DNA of 28,966 nt from Myxococcales bacterium (lineage in GTDB: Bacteria; Myxococcota; Myxococcia; Myxococcales; 40CM-4-68-19). The stretch is taken from positions 1-28,966 of the forward strand of contig DATFUN010000411.1 in NCBI GenBank assembly GCA_035260805.1. The letters are read 5' to 3'. The notes beneath the pieces were generated by a model, which worked only from the letters and a program-made list of their open reading frames with translations, did no database searches and was not told where the DNA came from. The translations under genes and the position numbers were made by a program. Each line of letters begins with the position of its first letter. The first letter of the stretch is position 1. Shown here in pieces: positions 10,693 through 18,278 of the stretch.

Positions 10693-12258
10693 CTACACCG
10701 GGGAGATTTCGCGTTTTCGGTAAGGGCGGTCGAGGCGCTTTCCTTCGGTAATGCGCAAATAGTGGGCGAGGAGGGGGCGGGTATCGCGAGGGTCGATCAC
10801 GTCGTCGACGTAGGCGTGGGCGGCGACGCGGTAGATGTCGATCATCGGCCGGATGCGGGCGGCCAGCTCCTGCTTGAGGGCCTCGGGATCCTCGGACTGC
10901 GCCAAGAGCTTGTTCGCCGCGATGGCCACCATTCCCTCGGCGCCCATCACGCTGATCTCGGCGCCGGGCCAGGCGAGCAGGGCGTCGGGTTCGTACGCGC
11001 GCCCGTTCATCACGTAATAACCGGCGCCGTAACCTTTGCGCAGCACCACCGTGAGCTTGGGGACGGTGGCCGAGGCGACCGCGTACAGCATCTTCGCGCC
11101 GTGGCGGATGATCCCTTCCTTCTCGACCTTGGTGCCGACCATGAACCCGGGCACGTCCTGCAGGAAGAGGAGCGGGATCTCGAACGCGTCGCACAGGTTC
11201 ACGAACCGCGCCGCCTTGTCCGCCGCATTCACGTCGAGCACGCCGCCGAGGTGCATGGGGTTGTTCGCCACGATGCCCACGCTGCGGCCGTCGATGCGGG
11301 CGAGCCCGGTGACCAGGTTGCGCGCCCAGCGCGGCTTCAGCTCGAACAACCTTCCCTCGTCCACCACCGCCCCGATCACCTTGTGCACGTCGTACGCCTG
11401 GCGGGGATTGTCGGGAATCACGTCGAGGAGCGCCTCGTCGCGGCGGTCGACCGGATCGGCCGTGGCGCGGCGAGGTGGCTTTTCTCCGCAGCGGAGAGGG
11501 AAGAAGGACAGGTACTCCCGCACGGCGGCGAGGCAGGCGGCGTCGTCCGCCACCTCCAGGTCGGCGCACCCCGAGATCTCCGTGTGCACCTTGCTGCCGC
11601 CGAGCTGCTCCTCGGTGACGTCCTCGCCGACCACGCTCTTGACCAGGTACGGCCCGCCGATCGCCATCGAGGAGGTGCCCTTCACCATGGGCACGAAGTC
11701 CGCCAGCCCCGGGATGTACGCCGTGCCGGCCGCGCCTGGGCCGACCATCGCCGCCACCTGCGGCACCACGCCCGAGAGCACGACCTGCTCGCGGAACAGG
11801 TAGCCCGTGTCCGCGAACGAGCCGACGATCGCTGCTTCCTCCGCGTCGGCCGAAAGGCGCGCGCCGGCCGAGTCGACCAGCCAGATCATCGGTATCCGCT
11901 CGCGGAGCGCCAGCTCGCGCAGCCGCGCTGCCTTCCGCTCGCCGACCGGCCCGATGCTCCCGCCGTGCACGGTGAAGTCGTAGGACGCGACGCAACACGG
12001 CCGCCCGTCGATGAAGCCGGTCCCGCACACCACGCCGTCCGCCGGGGCAGGCCGTTGCGACTCTTCCGGCAGCTGCCCGAGGTGGGTGGCGAGCAATCCG
12101 ATCTCGACCAGGCTGCCCGGATCGAGCAGCAGCTCGAGCCGCGCGCGCGCGTCCAGCTTGCCCCGCTCGCGCTGGCGACGCAGCCGCTCCTCGCCGCCCA
12201 TCCGCAGCGCTTCCGCCCTGCGGCGGCGCAGCTCCTCCACCTTGTCGCGCATCGACAT
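10693..12258 (-). CDS. Acyl-CoA carboxylase carboxyltransferase (beta) subunit, PccB/MccB-like
   Basis: Start MSMRDKV after [66 protein letters not shown]...LGG......[44 protein letters not shown]. Confidence 0.9.
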   Translation of the reverse strand: MSMRDKVEELRRRRAEALRMGGEERLRRQRERGKLDARARLELLLDPGSLVEIGLLATHLGQLPEESQRPAPADGVVCGTGFIDGRPCCVASYDFTVHGGSIGPVGERKAARLRELALRERIPMIWLVDSAGARLSADAEEAAIVGSFADTGYLFREQVVLSGVVPQVAAMVGPGAAGTAYIPGLADFVPMVKGTSSMAIGGPYLVKSVVGEDVTEEQLGGSKVHTEISGCADLEVADDAACLAAVREYLSFFPLRCGEKPPRRATADPVDRRDEALLDVIPDNPRQAYDVHKVIGAVVDEGRLFELKPRWARNLVTGLARIDGRSVGIVANNPMHLGGVLDVNAADKAARFVNLCDAFEIPLLFLQDVPGFMVGTKVEKEGIIRHGAKMLYAVASATVPKLTVVLRKGYGAGYYVMNGRAYEPDALLAWPGAEISVMGAEGMVAIAANKLLAQSEDPEALKQELAARIRPMIDIYRVAAHAYVDDVIDPRDTRPLLAHYLRITEGKRLDRPYRKREISPV

Positions 12259-12322
12259 ACCCGCTCCGCAAATTACCACTATCCGCCTACATTTGCTTCC
12301 GGTCGATCGATAATCCTGATGT

Positions 12323-12352
12323 TTGACCCTCTGTAGAACGGTGGTCTAGCGT
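12323..12352 (+). promoter_or_regulatory. Putative sigma70-type promoter of the kinase-receptor operon
   Basis: TTGACC-N18-TAGCGT, 12 nt before the kinase ATG, in an AT-richer divergent intergenic region. Confidence 0.45.
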
Positions 12353-12364
12353 GAGCTGACCCGC

Positions 12365-13933
12365 ATGAGCGCCTCGGCCTCTCCGCACCCGCCGCCCGCA
12401 GCCGAGGCGGACCCGCTCATCGGGCGTACCGTCAACGACCGGTACCGCATCGTCGAGGCGATCGGCCAGGGCGGCATGGGCCGCGTCTACAAGGCGCTGC
12501 AGTCGCCGCTCGATCGGGTGGTGGCGCTCAAGATCCTCGGCGCCGGCCACGACCGCGATCCCAATTTCTACAAGCGCTTCTTCCTCGAGGCGTCGGTCAC
12601 CGCCAAGCTGACGCATCCCAATACCATCACCCTCTACGACTACGGGCGCACCGAGGACGGCATCTTCTTCATCGCCATGGAGTTCCTCGACGGCCGCACC
12701 CTGTCCCAGGTCATGCGGCAGGAGGGTCCTCTCGCGCAGGAGCGCGTGGTCCACGTGGCGCAGCAGATCTGCCGCTCGCTCCGCGAGGCGCATGCGCTGG
12801 GGATCATCCACCGCGACCTCAAGCCCGCCAACGTCATGCTGCTGCGGCAGCAGGACGACCACGATTTCGTCAAGGTGCTCGACTTCGGCCTGGTGAAGTT
12901 CTTCCACGGCGAGAGCCCGGACGGCGACATCACCAACGCCGGCACCTTCATGGGCTCTCCGCATTACATCGCGCCGGAGCAGGCCCGCAACCAGGGTCCG
13001 GATCAGCGCTGCGATCTGTACTCGCTGGGCGTGCTGCTCTACCAGATGCTCACCGGCAAGGTGCCATTCACCGCCGAGAGCCCGGTGGACATCATCTTGA
13101 AGCACCTGCACGAGGCGCCGGTGCCGCCCCGCCAGCTCCGGCCCGATCTCGCCATCGACGCGCCGCTCGAGGCCATCGTGCTGCGCTGCATGGCCAAGGA
13201 CCGTGCCGACCGCTTCCAGTCGATGGACGAGCTCCTCGGAGCGCTCAAGGCGGTGCGCCAGGAGCTGACCGGTGCCGCCGGATCGCGCTCGGCGCCGCTG
13301 CCCGTCACTCCCGATTCGCTCCGCCCGCTCCCCGTGCAGACACCGCCTTTGCCGATGACTCCCGGAGCCGGCTCCCGCGCGGTGCGGCCGCCGCCGCTTC
13401 CCGCCGATGCTCTGGAGGAACGCGCGCGCTGGCATCGCTTCACCGGAATGGGCGAACCGACCTGGTCGGGCCGGTCGATCTGGTTCGCGACTACCGCGGC
13501 GGTGCTGGCCGCGGCCGCGCTCGTGGTCTGGATGGGGAGCGGGCGCCGCCGGCCGCCGAGGCCCACGGTGACGGTGGAGCAGGGCGCTCCGGTGGTGGTC
13601 GGCACGTCGGGCCCAGCGGCTCCTACTGCCTACCAGCCGGCGAGCGCCGGACTGACCGTGGTGACGCTCACCAGCGCTCCTTCCGGTGCGGAGGTGAACG
13701 ATGCCGACGGGCGCGCGCTGGGCCGGACGCCGATGGACCTCCCCGTCAGCACCGGCAGGCCGCTGCAGCTGGTCTTGAAGCTCGAGGGCTACAAGCCGTT
13801 CCCGGTCGCGCGCACTTCGCTCTCCGGCGACCGCATCGCCATCACGGCCACCCTGAAGAAGGAACCGTCCAAGGCCGAGCCGCCGCCGGCGCATGTCCGG
13901 CGATCGGCCGGCTACAAGGACGATCCGTACTGA
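12365..13933 (+). CDS. Membrane Hanks-type Ser/Thr protein kinase with TM helix and extracytoplasmic PEGA-like domain
   Basis: GQGGMGRVY, VALK, HRDLKPAN, VKVLDFGL, YIAPEQ, DLYSLG; Pro-rich linker; TM IWFATTAAVLAAAALVVWM; PEGA-like LTSAPSGAEV..G..LGRTP.....L.L.L.GY; ends YKDDPY. Confidence 0.93.
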   Translation: MSASASPHPPPAAEADPLIGRTVNDRYRIVEAIGQGGMGRVYKALQSPLDRVVALKILGAGHDRDPNFYKRFFLEASVTAKLTHPNTITLYDYGRTEDGIFFIAMEFLDGRTLSQVMRQEGPLAQERVVHVAQQICRSLREAHALGIIHRDLKPANVMLLRQQDDHDFVKVLDFGLVKFFHGESPDGDITNAGTFMGSPHYIAPEQARNQGPDQRCDLYSLGVLLYQMLTGKVPFTAESPVDIILKHLHEAPVPPRQLRPDLAIDAPLEAIVLRCMAKDRADRFQSMDELLGALKAVRQELTGAAGSRSAPLPVTPDSLRPLPVQTPPLPMTPGAGSRAVRPPPLPADALEERARWHRFTGMGEPTWSGRSIWFATTAAVLAAAALVVWMGSGRRRPPRPTVTVEQGAPVVVGTSGPAAPTAYQPASAGLTVVTLTSAPSGAEVNDADGRALGRTPMDLPVSTGRPLQLVLKLEGYKPFPVARTSLSGDRIAITATLKKEPSKAEPPPAHVRRSAGYKDDPY

Positions 13934-13942
13934 GGACTAGCG

Positions 13943-16552
13943 ATGACCCACGCGACGCGCGCCCGAAGGAGTCCGGTCCCGCACGGTCTGTTCCGCGGCG
14001 CTGCCTGCGCGCTGCTGCTCTCGCTCTTCGCCGCACCGGCGGCGCGGGCGGACGCCCGCAGCGAGGCGAAGCGCCGCTTCCGCGAAGGGATGGCGCTGAT
14101 CGCGGCTGGGCAGGTGGAGCGCGGCATCGCCGAGCTGAAGCAGGCCTACGCCATCAAGCCGCACCCGGCCCTGCTCTACAACATCGCGCGCGCCTACGTG
14201 GATCTGGGGAAGATCCCCGACGCGCTCGACTACTTCCAACGTTACGTGGCGACCGATCCCGACGACCGCGCGCAGGTCGAGGCGGTGATGACCCGGCTCT
14301 CCGGCGCCGTCGGCGCGCGGGCGCCGCCCGCGCAGCCGGCGGCGGCACCGGCCGTGGACATCGCCCAGTTGCTCGCCGCGTTGCAAGAGCTGATCGAGCG
14401 CAACAAGGCCCCGGCGACGCTGGCTGCTGCGAAGGGAACCGCTGCGCGGGGCGCGGCGCCGGCCGCCGCGAGGAAAGACGACGAGGGAATGTTCGAAGCC
14501 ACCGCGGTGACCGCCCGGACACGGGCCACCGCGCAGGAGATCGCCTCCGCGCTGGAAGGCGGCCACACGGACGAGGACATTTTCGAGGAACAGGTGGTGA
14601 CCGCGGGTGTGCACGCCAGCTCGGAAGCCAGGGCTCCGGCATCGTTGACGGTGATCACCGCCGACGAGATCCGCCTCACCGGCGCGGCGAGCGTCCCCGA
14701 GATCCTGAGGCGGGTCCCCGGCGTGGACGTCGCCGAGATGAACCCGTCGGACACCAACGTCTCGGTGCGCGGGTTCAACCGGCGCGTCGCCAACAAGGTG
14801 CTGGTGCTGGTCGACGGCCGCAGCGTCTACCAGGACTTCCTCGGCGCGACGCTGTGGCCGTTGCTCGACGTCTCGGTGCAGGACATCGCTCGCATCGAGG
14901 TGATCCGCGGCCCCGGGTCCGCGCTCTACGGAGCCAACGCGTACGCGGGCGTGGTGAACATCATCACCAGGACCGGCGACGAGGTGAACGGCGGGCGCGC
15001 TTTCTTGCAGGCGGGCAACTACGGGACGCTCCAGGGTGCGCTCTCCGCGGGCGGGCGAAGCGGCAAGCTCACCTACCGCACCAGCCTCGCCTACGATCGC
15101 GCGGACAAATGGAGCACCGACGCTCCCGCGGGCTCCACGCCGCAGTTCTCGCAGCCGGCGCGCAGCCGCGAGATCCAGCGCGCCGAGGTCGCCGCCGACT
15201 ACCAGTCGAGCGGCCTCTCGATCCGCGGCGGCGCCGGGTTCGACAACATGAACGCGATGGAGGTGTTCCCGCTCGGCTCGCTTCGCACCTTCGGCAACGA
15301 AGGGCAGGGCGGGTTCGTCCGCGCCGAGGCCACCTACGGAGAGACCGACGTCAAGGTCTACTGGAACGCGCTGCGCATGCGGTCGGGCCCGGAGTACTGG
15401 CCGTTTGCCCTGCCGTCGATCCTGACCAGCGTCCGCTCGGACGTGATCGACGCCTCCGCCCGCACTGGCGTTGCCTACGAGTTCCTGGGCCGGCACCGCT
15501 TCAACTTCGGCGCGGGGTTCCGCTACTCGACGGCCGACTGGGGATTCCTCGCACCGCGCGCCGACGGAGGCACGCGCTACACGCAGGAGCATTTCAGCGG
15601 GTTCCTGCAGGACGAGTGGGAGCCTTCCCGGCGCGTCACAGTGACCCTCAGCTACCGCATCGACCGCCACCCGCTCCTGGCCGACCAGCACATCACGGCG
15701 GGAGGCCTCGTCCACTCGCCTCGCGCAACGGTGCTGGTGGAGGTCGCCCGAGACCAGTTCCTCCGCTTCACCACCGGGACCGCGTTCCGCGCGCCCACGT
15801 TTCTGGAGTCCTACGCGAATCTCTTCGCGCCGGTCACGCCGGGCGCGGGCATCCGCTTCCGGGGCGACCTGAACCTGAAGCCCGAGGAGATCCTGCAGGC
15901 GGAGCTCGGCTACAAGGGCCGCATCGGCGATCAGCTGACGCCCGAGGCAGTGGTGTACGTCGAGCGGGTGCGCAACCTGATCACCGACGGTGCGCTGCAA
16001 CCCGCCCCTTCCGGCAGCTCGTCGGGCGGCCAGACGTTGCTCGGGTCCACCGGGTTCCAGAACGAGCCGAACACCTTCGTCGGAATCGGCGCCGAGCTGG
16101 GCCTGCGCTACCAGCCGGCGGACGGCGTCGACGTGAGCATGAACTACTCCTTCGAGAAGATCTCCGATTGCACCTCGACCTGCACGAGCGACCACCTCGC
16201 CGCGAACCAGTCGTCGGCCACGGTCGCCAATACCGCTCAGCACAAGCTGAACGTGGTGGCCACCTGGCGTACGCGCGCGAACTTCGACCTCGGCGTCGAC
16301 GCGCACTACGTCTCCAGCGTGACCTGGTTCGAGAAGTCCTTCGATCCCGGCGCGCCCGCGGGCGTGGTGCTGGCGCCTTACGCGCTGCCCGCATACACGC
16401 TGATCAACGCGCGCGTCGGGTACCGCTTCATCCGCGACCGGCTGGAAGGCGGCGTGTCCGTGTACAACCTGCTCGGCGACGACCACCGCGAACATCCCTT
16501 CGGCAGCCCCATCGGACGCCGCATTTTGATCACCGCGGCCGCGTCGTTCTAG
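13943..16552 (+). CDS. TonB-dependent outer-membrane receptor with N-terminal TPR domain
   Basis: Signal peptide ending ARA|D; TPR-like AKRRFREG..L...G....I.EL.QAYAI.PHP.LLYNIARAY..LG....A..YF..Y; TonB-box-like EEQVVTA; plug APAS.TVIT..EI...G...VPE.LR.VPG, .RGFN...NK.LVLVDGR, IEVIRGPGSALYGANA..GV.NIIT; barrel AFRAPT, L.PE, Y..INAR.GY, NL.G; C-terminal Phe. Confidence 0.93.
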   Translation: MTHATRARRSPVPHGLFRGAACALLLSLFAAPAARADARSEAKRRFREGMALIAAGQVERGIAELKQAYAIKPHPALLYNIARAYVDLGKIPDALDYFQRYVATDPDDRAQVEAVMTRLSGAVGARAPPAQPAAAPAVDIAQLLAALQELIERNKAPATLAAAKGTAARGAAPAAARKDDEGMFEATAVTARTRATAQEIASALEGGHTDEDIFEEQVVTAGVHASSEARAPASLTVITADEIRLTGAASVPEILRRVPGVDVAEMNPSDTNVSVRGFNRRVANKVLVLVDGRSVYQDFLGATLWPLLDVSVQDIARIEVIRGPGSALYGANAYAGVVNIITRTGDEVNGGRAFLQAGNYGTLQGALSAGGRSGKLTYRTSLAYDRADKWSTDAPAGSTPQFSQPARSREIQRAEVAADYQSSGLSIRGGAGFDNMNAMEVFPLGSLRTFGNEGQGGFVRAEATYGETDVKVYWNALRMRSGPEYWPFALPSILTSVRSDVIDASARTGVAYEFLGRHRFNFGAGFRYSTADWGFLAPRADGGTRYTQEHFSGFLQDEWEPSRRVTVTLSYRIDRHPLLADQHITAGGLVHSPRATVLVEVARDQFLRFTTGTAFRAPTFLESYANLFAPVTPGAGIRFRGDLNLKPEEILQAELGYKGRIGDQLTPEAVVYVERVRNLITDGALQPAPSGSSSGGQTLLGSTGFQNEPNTFVGIGAELGLRYQPADGVDVSMNYSFEKISDCTSTCTSDHLAANQSSATVANTAQHKLNVVATWRTRANFDLGVDAHYVSSVTWFEKSFDPGAPAGVVLAPYALPAYTLINARVGYRFIRDRLEGGVSVYNLLGDDHREHPFGSPIGRRILITAAASF

Positions 16553-16565
16553 AACTGCGGCCGCG

Positions 16566-16836
16566 ATGCGGCTGGTCTCCATCGGCCGGGAGAACCTGGA
16601 AGGCGACGGGCAGGCCGACCGCCGCCGGCACGGCGGGCCGGACATGGCCGTGCTCGGCTACGCCGAGGAGCATTTACCCGCGTTGGCGAGACGAGCTGGC
16701 CTTCAGGGATCTTCCCTATGGCGCATCCGGCGAAAACCTCACCGTCGCCGGCGCCACCGAGGACTCGACCTGCCTCGGGCGACGTGTGGCGCGCCGGCAC
16801 GGCGCTGCTGCAGCGATTGGCGCGAGCATCTCGTAG
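16566..16836 (+). pseudogene. Decayed MOSC-domain (YiiM-like) gene fragment
   Basis: MOSC-like peptides in three successive frames: ENLEGDGQADRRRHGGPDMAV.GYAEEH / YPRWRDEL....PYGASGENLTVAG.TEDSTCLG / DVWRAGTALLQ. Each switch needs removal of one base (TTT 16673-16675, GGG 16777-16779). The segment with the catalytic QPR.PC motif is missing. Confidence 0.8.
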
Positions 16837-16880
16837 GCTTGCTCCGCAGGGGCCTGAGCGCCCAAGAGCGCGTCAACCAC

Positions 16881-16926
16881 GCAAAACGAAACGGGTCCGG
16901 GGATCCCAGAGGGCTCCCGGACCCGT
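16881..16926 (-). terminator. Intrinsic terminator for the two small minus-strand genes
   Basis: 11-bp perfect stem ACGGGTCCGGG (16891-16901) / CCCGGACCCGT (16916-16926), followed on the minus strand by TTCGTTTTGC, 25 nt after the stop at 16952. Confidence 0.75.
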
Positions 16927-16951
16927 CGGGGGGTTCGCCCGTTCGCCTCTA

Positions 16952-17152
16952 TCAGCCGCGTTGCGCCGCGGGATCGTCGTCGAGCATGTCGTTCGGCGAG
17001 GGGATCTTGCGCAGCTCGGCCTTGGAGATCTTCCACGCCTGTTGCACGACCCAGCTCAGGGAGCGATCGAGCCGCTGAGCCTGCTGCTGGATCTCGCTGA
17101 GCATGTCCTCGGGAAAGTACAGGCTCTGCTTGCGCGCGTCGTTGGCCGACAT
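16952..17152 (-). CDS. Small myxobacterial RHH-like protein (MXAN_4361/MXAN_4362, TIGR04563-type), copy 2
   Basis: 66 aa, RKQSLYFPEDML.EIQ..A.R.DRSLSW.VQQAWKI. SD GAGGAG; the ATG abuts the stop of its paralog. Family name recalled from memory. Confidence 0.85.
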   Translation of the reverse strand: MSANDARKQSLYFPEDMLSEIQQQAQRLDRSLSWVVQQAWKISKAELRKIPSPNDMLDDDPAAQRG

Positions 17153-17362
17153 CTATTCGCGCTCCTCGCCCGGTGCACGGGCCTCGGTGCCGATCACGTC
17201 GTTCACCGAAGGAAAACGCATGATCTCGTTGCGCGCGATCTTCCAAGCCTGCTGCACGATCCACGAAAGCGAACGGTCCTGCCGGTTCGCCTCCTCCTGG
17301 ATTTCCCGCAGCATGTCCTCGGGGAAGTAGAGGCTCTGCTTTCGTTTGTCAGTACCCGCCAT
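17153..17362 (-). CDS. Small myxobacterial RHH-like protein (TIGR04563-type), copy 1
   Basis: 69 aa, MAGTDKRKQSLYFPEDMLREIQEEANRQDRSLSWIVQQAWKIARNEIMRFPSVNDV; SD GGAGG upstream. Confidence 0.85.
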   Translation of the reverse strand: MAGTDKRKQSLYFPEDMLREIQEEANRQDRSLSWIVQQAWKIARNEIMRFPSVNDVIGTEARAPGEERE

Positions 17363-17422
17363 CAACACCCTCCGGGTGCCAGCGCCGCCGCTTGATGCGG
17401 CGTGTGCCCACGTGCCATCACC

Positions 17423-17451
17423 CTGTCTAGACTTGGACGACAGCGGGGTCA
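17423..17451 (-). promoter_or_regulatory. Possible sigma70-type promoter of the RHH-like pair
   Basis: Minus strand TTGACC-N17-TAGACA about 60 nt before the ATG; the -10 lacks the final T. Confidence 0.35.
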
Positions 17452-17648
17452 AGGATCCGCCTTGTAGGTCCTACGCGGAGCAAGCGGCCACCTCCCTGTA
17501 ATTCCTCCTGCGCAGCAGGAGGCTCTGCTGAAACGTAGGCCGAGGTCCTCCGCAGCCCCACGCGTCGTCTCGCGGCCTTGCGCAGCCACAGCGGTTCTCG
17601 CTGCGCTTCGCCCTGTCCACTGCCATGCACGTAGCGCACTCGTCGCCG

Positions 17649-17664
17649 TGGCACGCGGTTCGCA
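17649..17664 (+). promoter_or_regulatory. Sigma54 (-24/-12) promoter
   Basis: TGGCACGCGGTTCGCA: TGGCACG box with exact GG-N10-GC spacing (GG 17650-51, GC 17662-63). Predicted start near 17675, just before SD GAGAGG and ATG 17690. Confidence 0.7.
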
Positions 17665-17689
17665 GGACTTGTGTAACCGAGAGGTGACC

Positions 17690-17842
17690 ATGTCGGTGAG
17701 CGGACTCATCACCACGAAGGACGTGCTGAAGCACAGCGCGACCATCGTGCGCGAGTTCGGGGCTGGCACCTATCTGCGCTGCTGCCTGGCCATCCTGCGC
17801 GGGCGCCGCACTACGTTCCTCAGCCTGGTGTTCTCGCGCTGA
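17690..17842 (+). CDS. 50-aa basic/amphipathic small protein of unknown function
   Basis: MSVSGLITTKDVLKHSATIVREFGAGTYLRCCLAILRGRRTTFLSLVFSR; SD GAGAGG, strongly GC3-biased codons, sigma54 promoter upstream, palindrome downstream. Confidence 0.8.
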   Translation: MSVSGLITTKDVLKHSATIVREFGAGTYLRCCLAILRGRRTTFLSLVFSR

Positions 17843-17856
17843 GCCCCTCGTCAATC

Positions 17857-17876
17857 CGCTGACGGAGCCGTCAGCG
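17857..17876. other. Perfect 9+9 palindrome CGCTGACGG-AG-CCGTCAGCG (hairpin or operator)
   Basis: Read directly from the sequence. No U-tract on either side. Confidence 0.6.
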
Positions 17877-17910
17877 TCATGACTACCCGTCCAAAAATCA
17901 GACTGCGACG

Positions 17911-17943
17911 AAAAAGGCTGACCAGGCTCTCGCCTGGCCAGCC
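17911..17943 (-). terminator. Intrinsic terminator on the minus strand with no obvious CDS upstream
   Basis: Minus-strand RNA GGCUGGCCAGGC-GAGA-GCCUGGUCAGCC-UUUUU: 12-bp stem (one G.U), GNRA loop, U-tract. Confidence 0.75.
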
Positions 17944-18080
17944 CCGATGGGCTCGGAGGGGGAGGGGGGGACCCCCAAGCCCATTGCCTTTCGAACCGTC
18001 CAGCCGCTTGGCTGGTCACCGTCCAGAAACCTGTTGCCCGCGCTCGTTGTTCCCCGCCGCCGATCCGGTGCCCTCTCTCG
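17911..18080 (-). ncRNA. Candidate small regulatory RNA (~170 nt); 5' end uncertain
   Basis: Three consecutive hairpins ending in a terminator. G.U wobbles work only on the minus strand. C-rich tract. Weak TTGCGC-N17-CAACTT promoter at 18115-18087. Confidence 0.45.
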
Positions 18081-18278
18081 CCGGAGAAGTTGGGTTTGAA
18101 ACACGCCCGGCGCAAGGGCACACGACGCACAAACCCCTGAAAATCCGACCGATCGGAGCATAACGGGCCTGGGTTCCAGCCGCAGCGTGGCGAGCGCGAA
18201 TGCGGTCCACGCAGGCAGGCGAGCAGGCACCCGCTCCATGCGGCCTCTCGATGTCCTGGTTCGGTAGAATGGCAGACG

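Noticed and set aside
17985-18003. GGTTCGAAA on the minus strand resembling a tRNA T-loop
   Set aside because: Flanks (GACGG / GGCAA) do not form a T-stem; no acceptor stem, anticodon arm or CCA.
17960-18050. Possible c-di-GMP, c-di-AMP or cobalamin riboswitch (GGGCAAC, CGAAAG fragments)
   Set aside because: Conserved cores are not present in the right order, and there is no downstream CDS on that strand to regulate.
17690-18080. Type I toxin-antitoxin pair (50-aa peptide plus convergent RNA)
   Set aside because: The predicted RNA 3' end (~17911) is about 70 nt from the ORF stop and beyond its hairpin, so there is no antisense overlap. The peptide lacks a clear TM helix.
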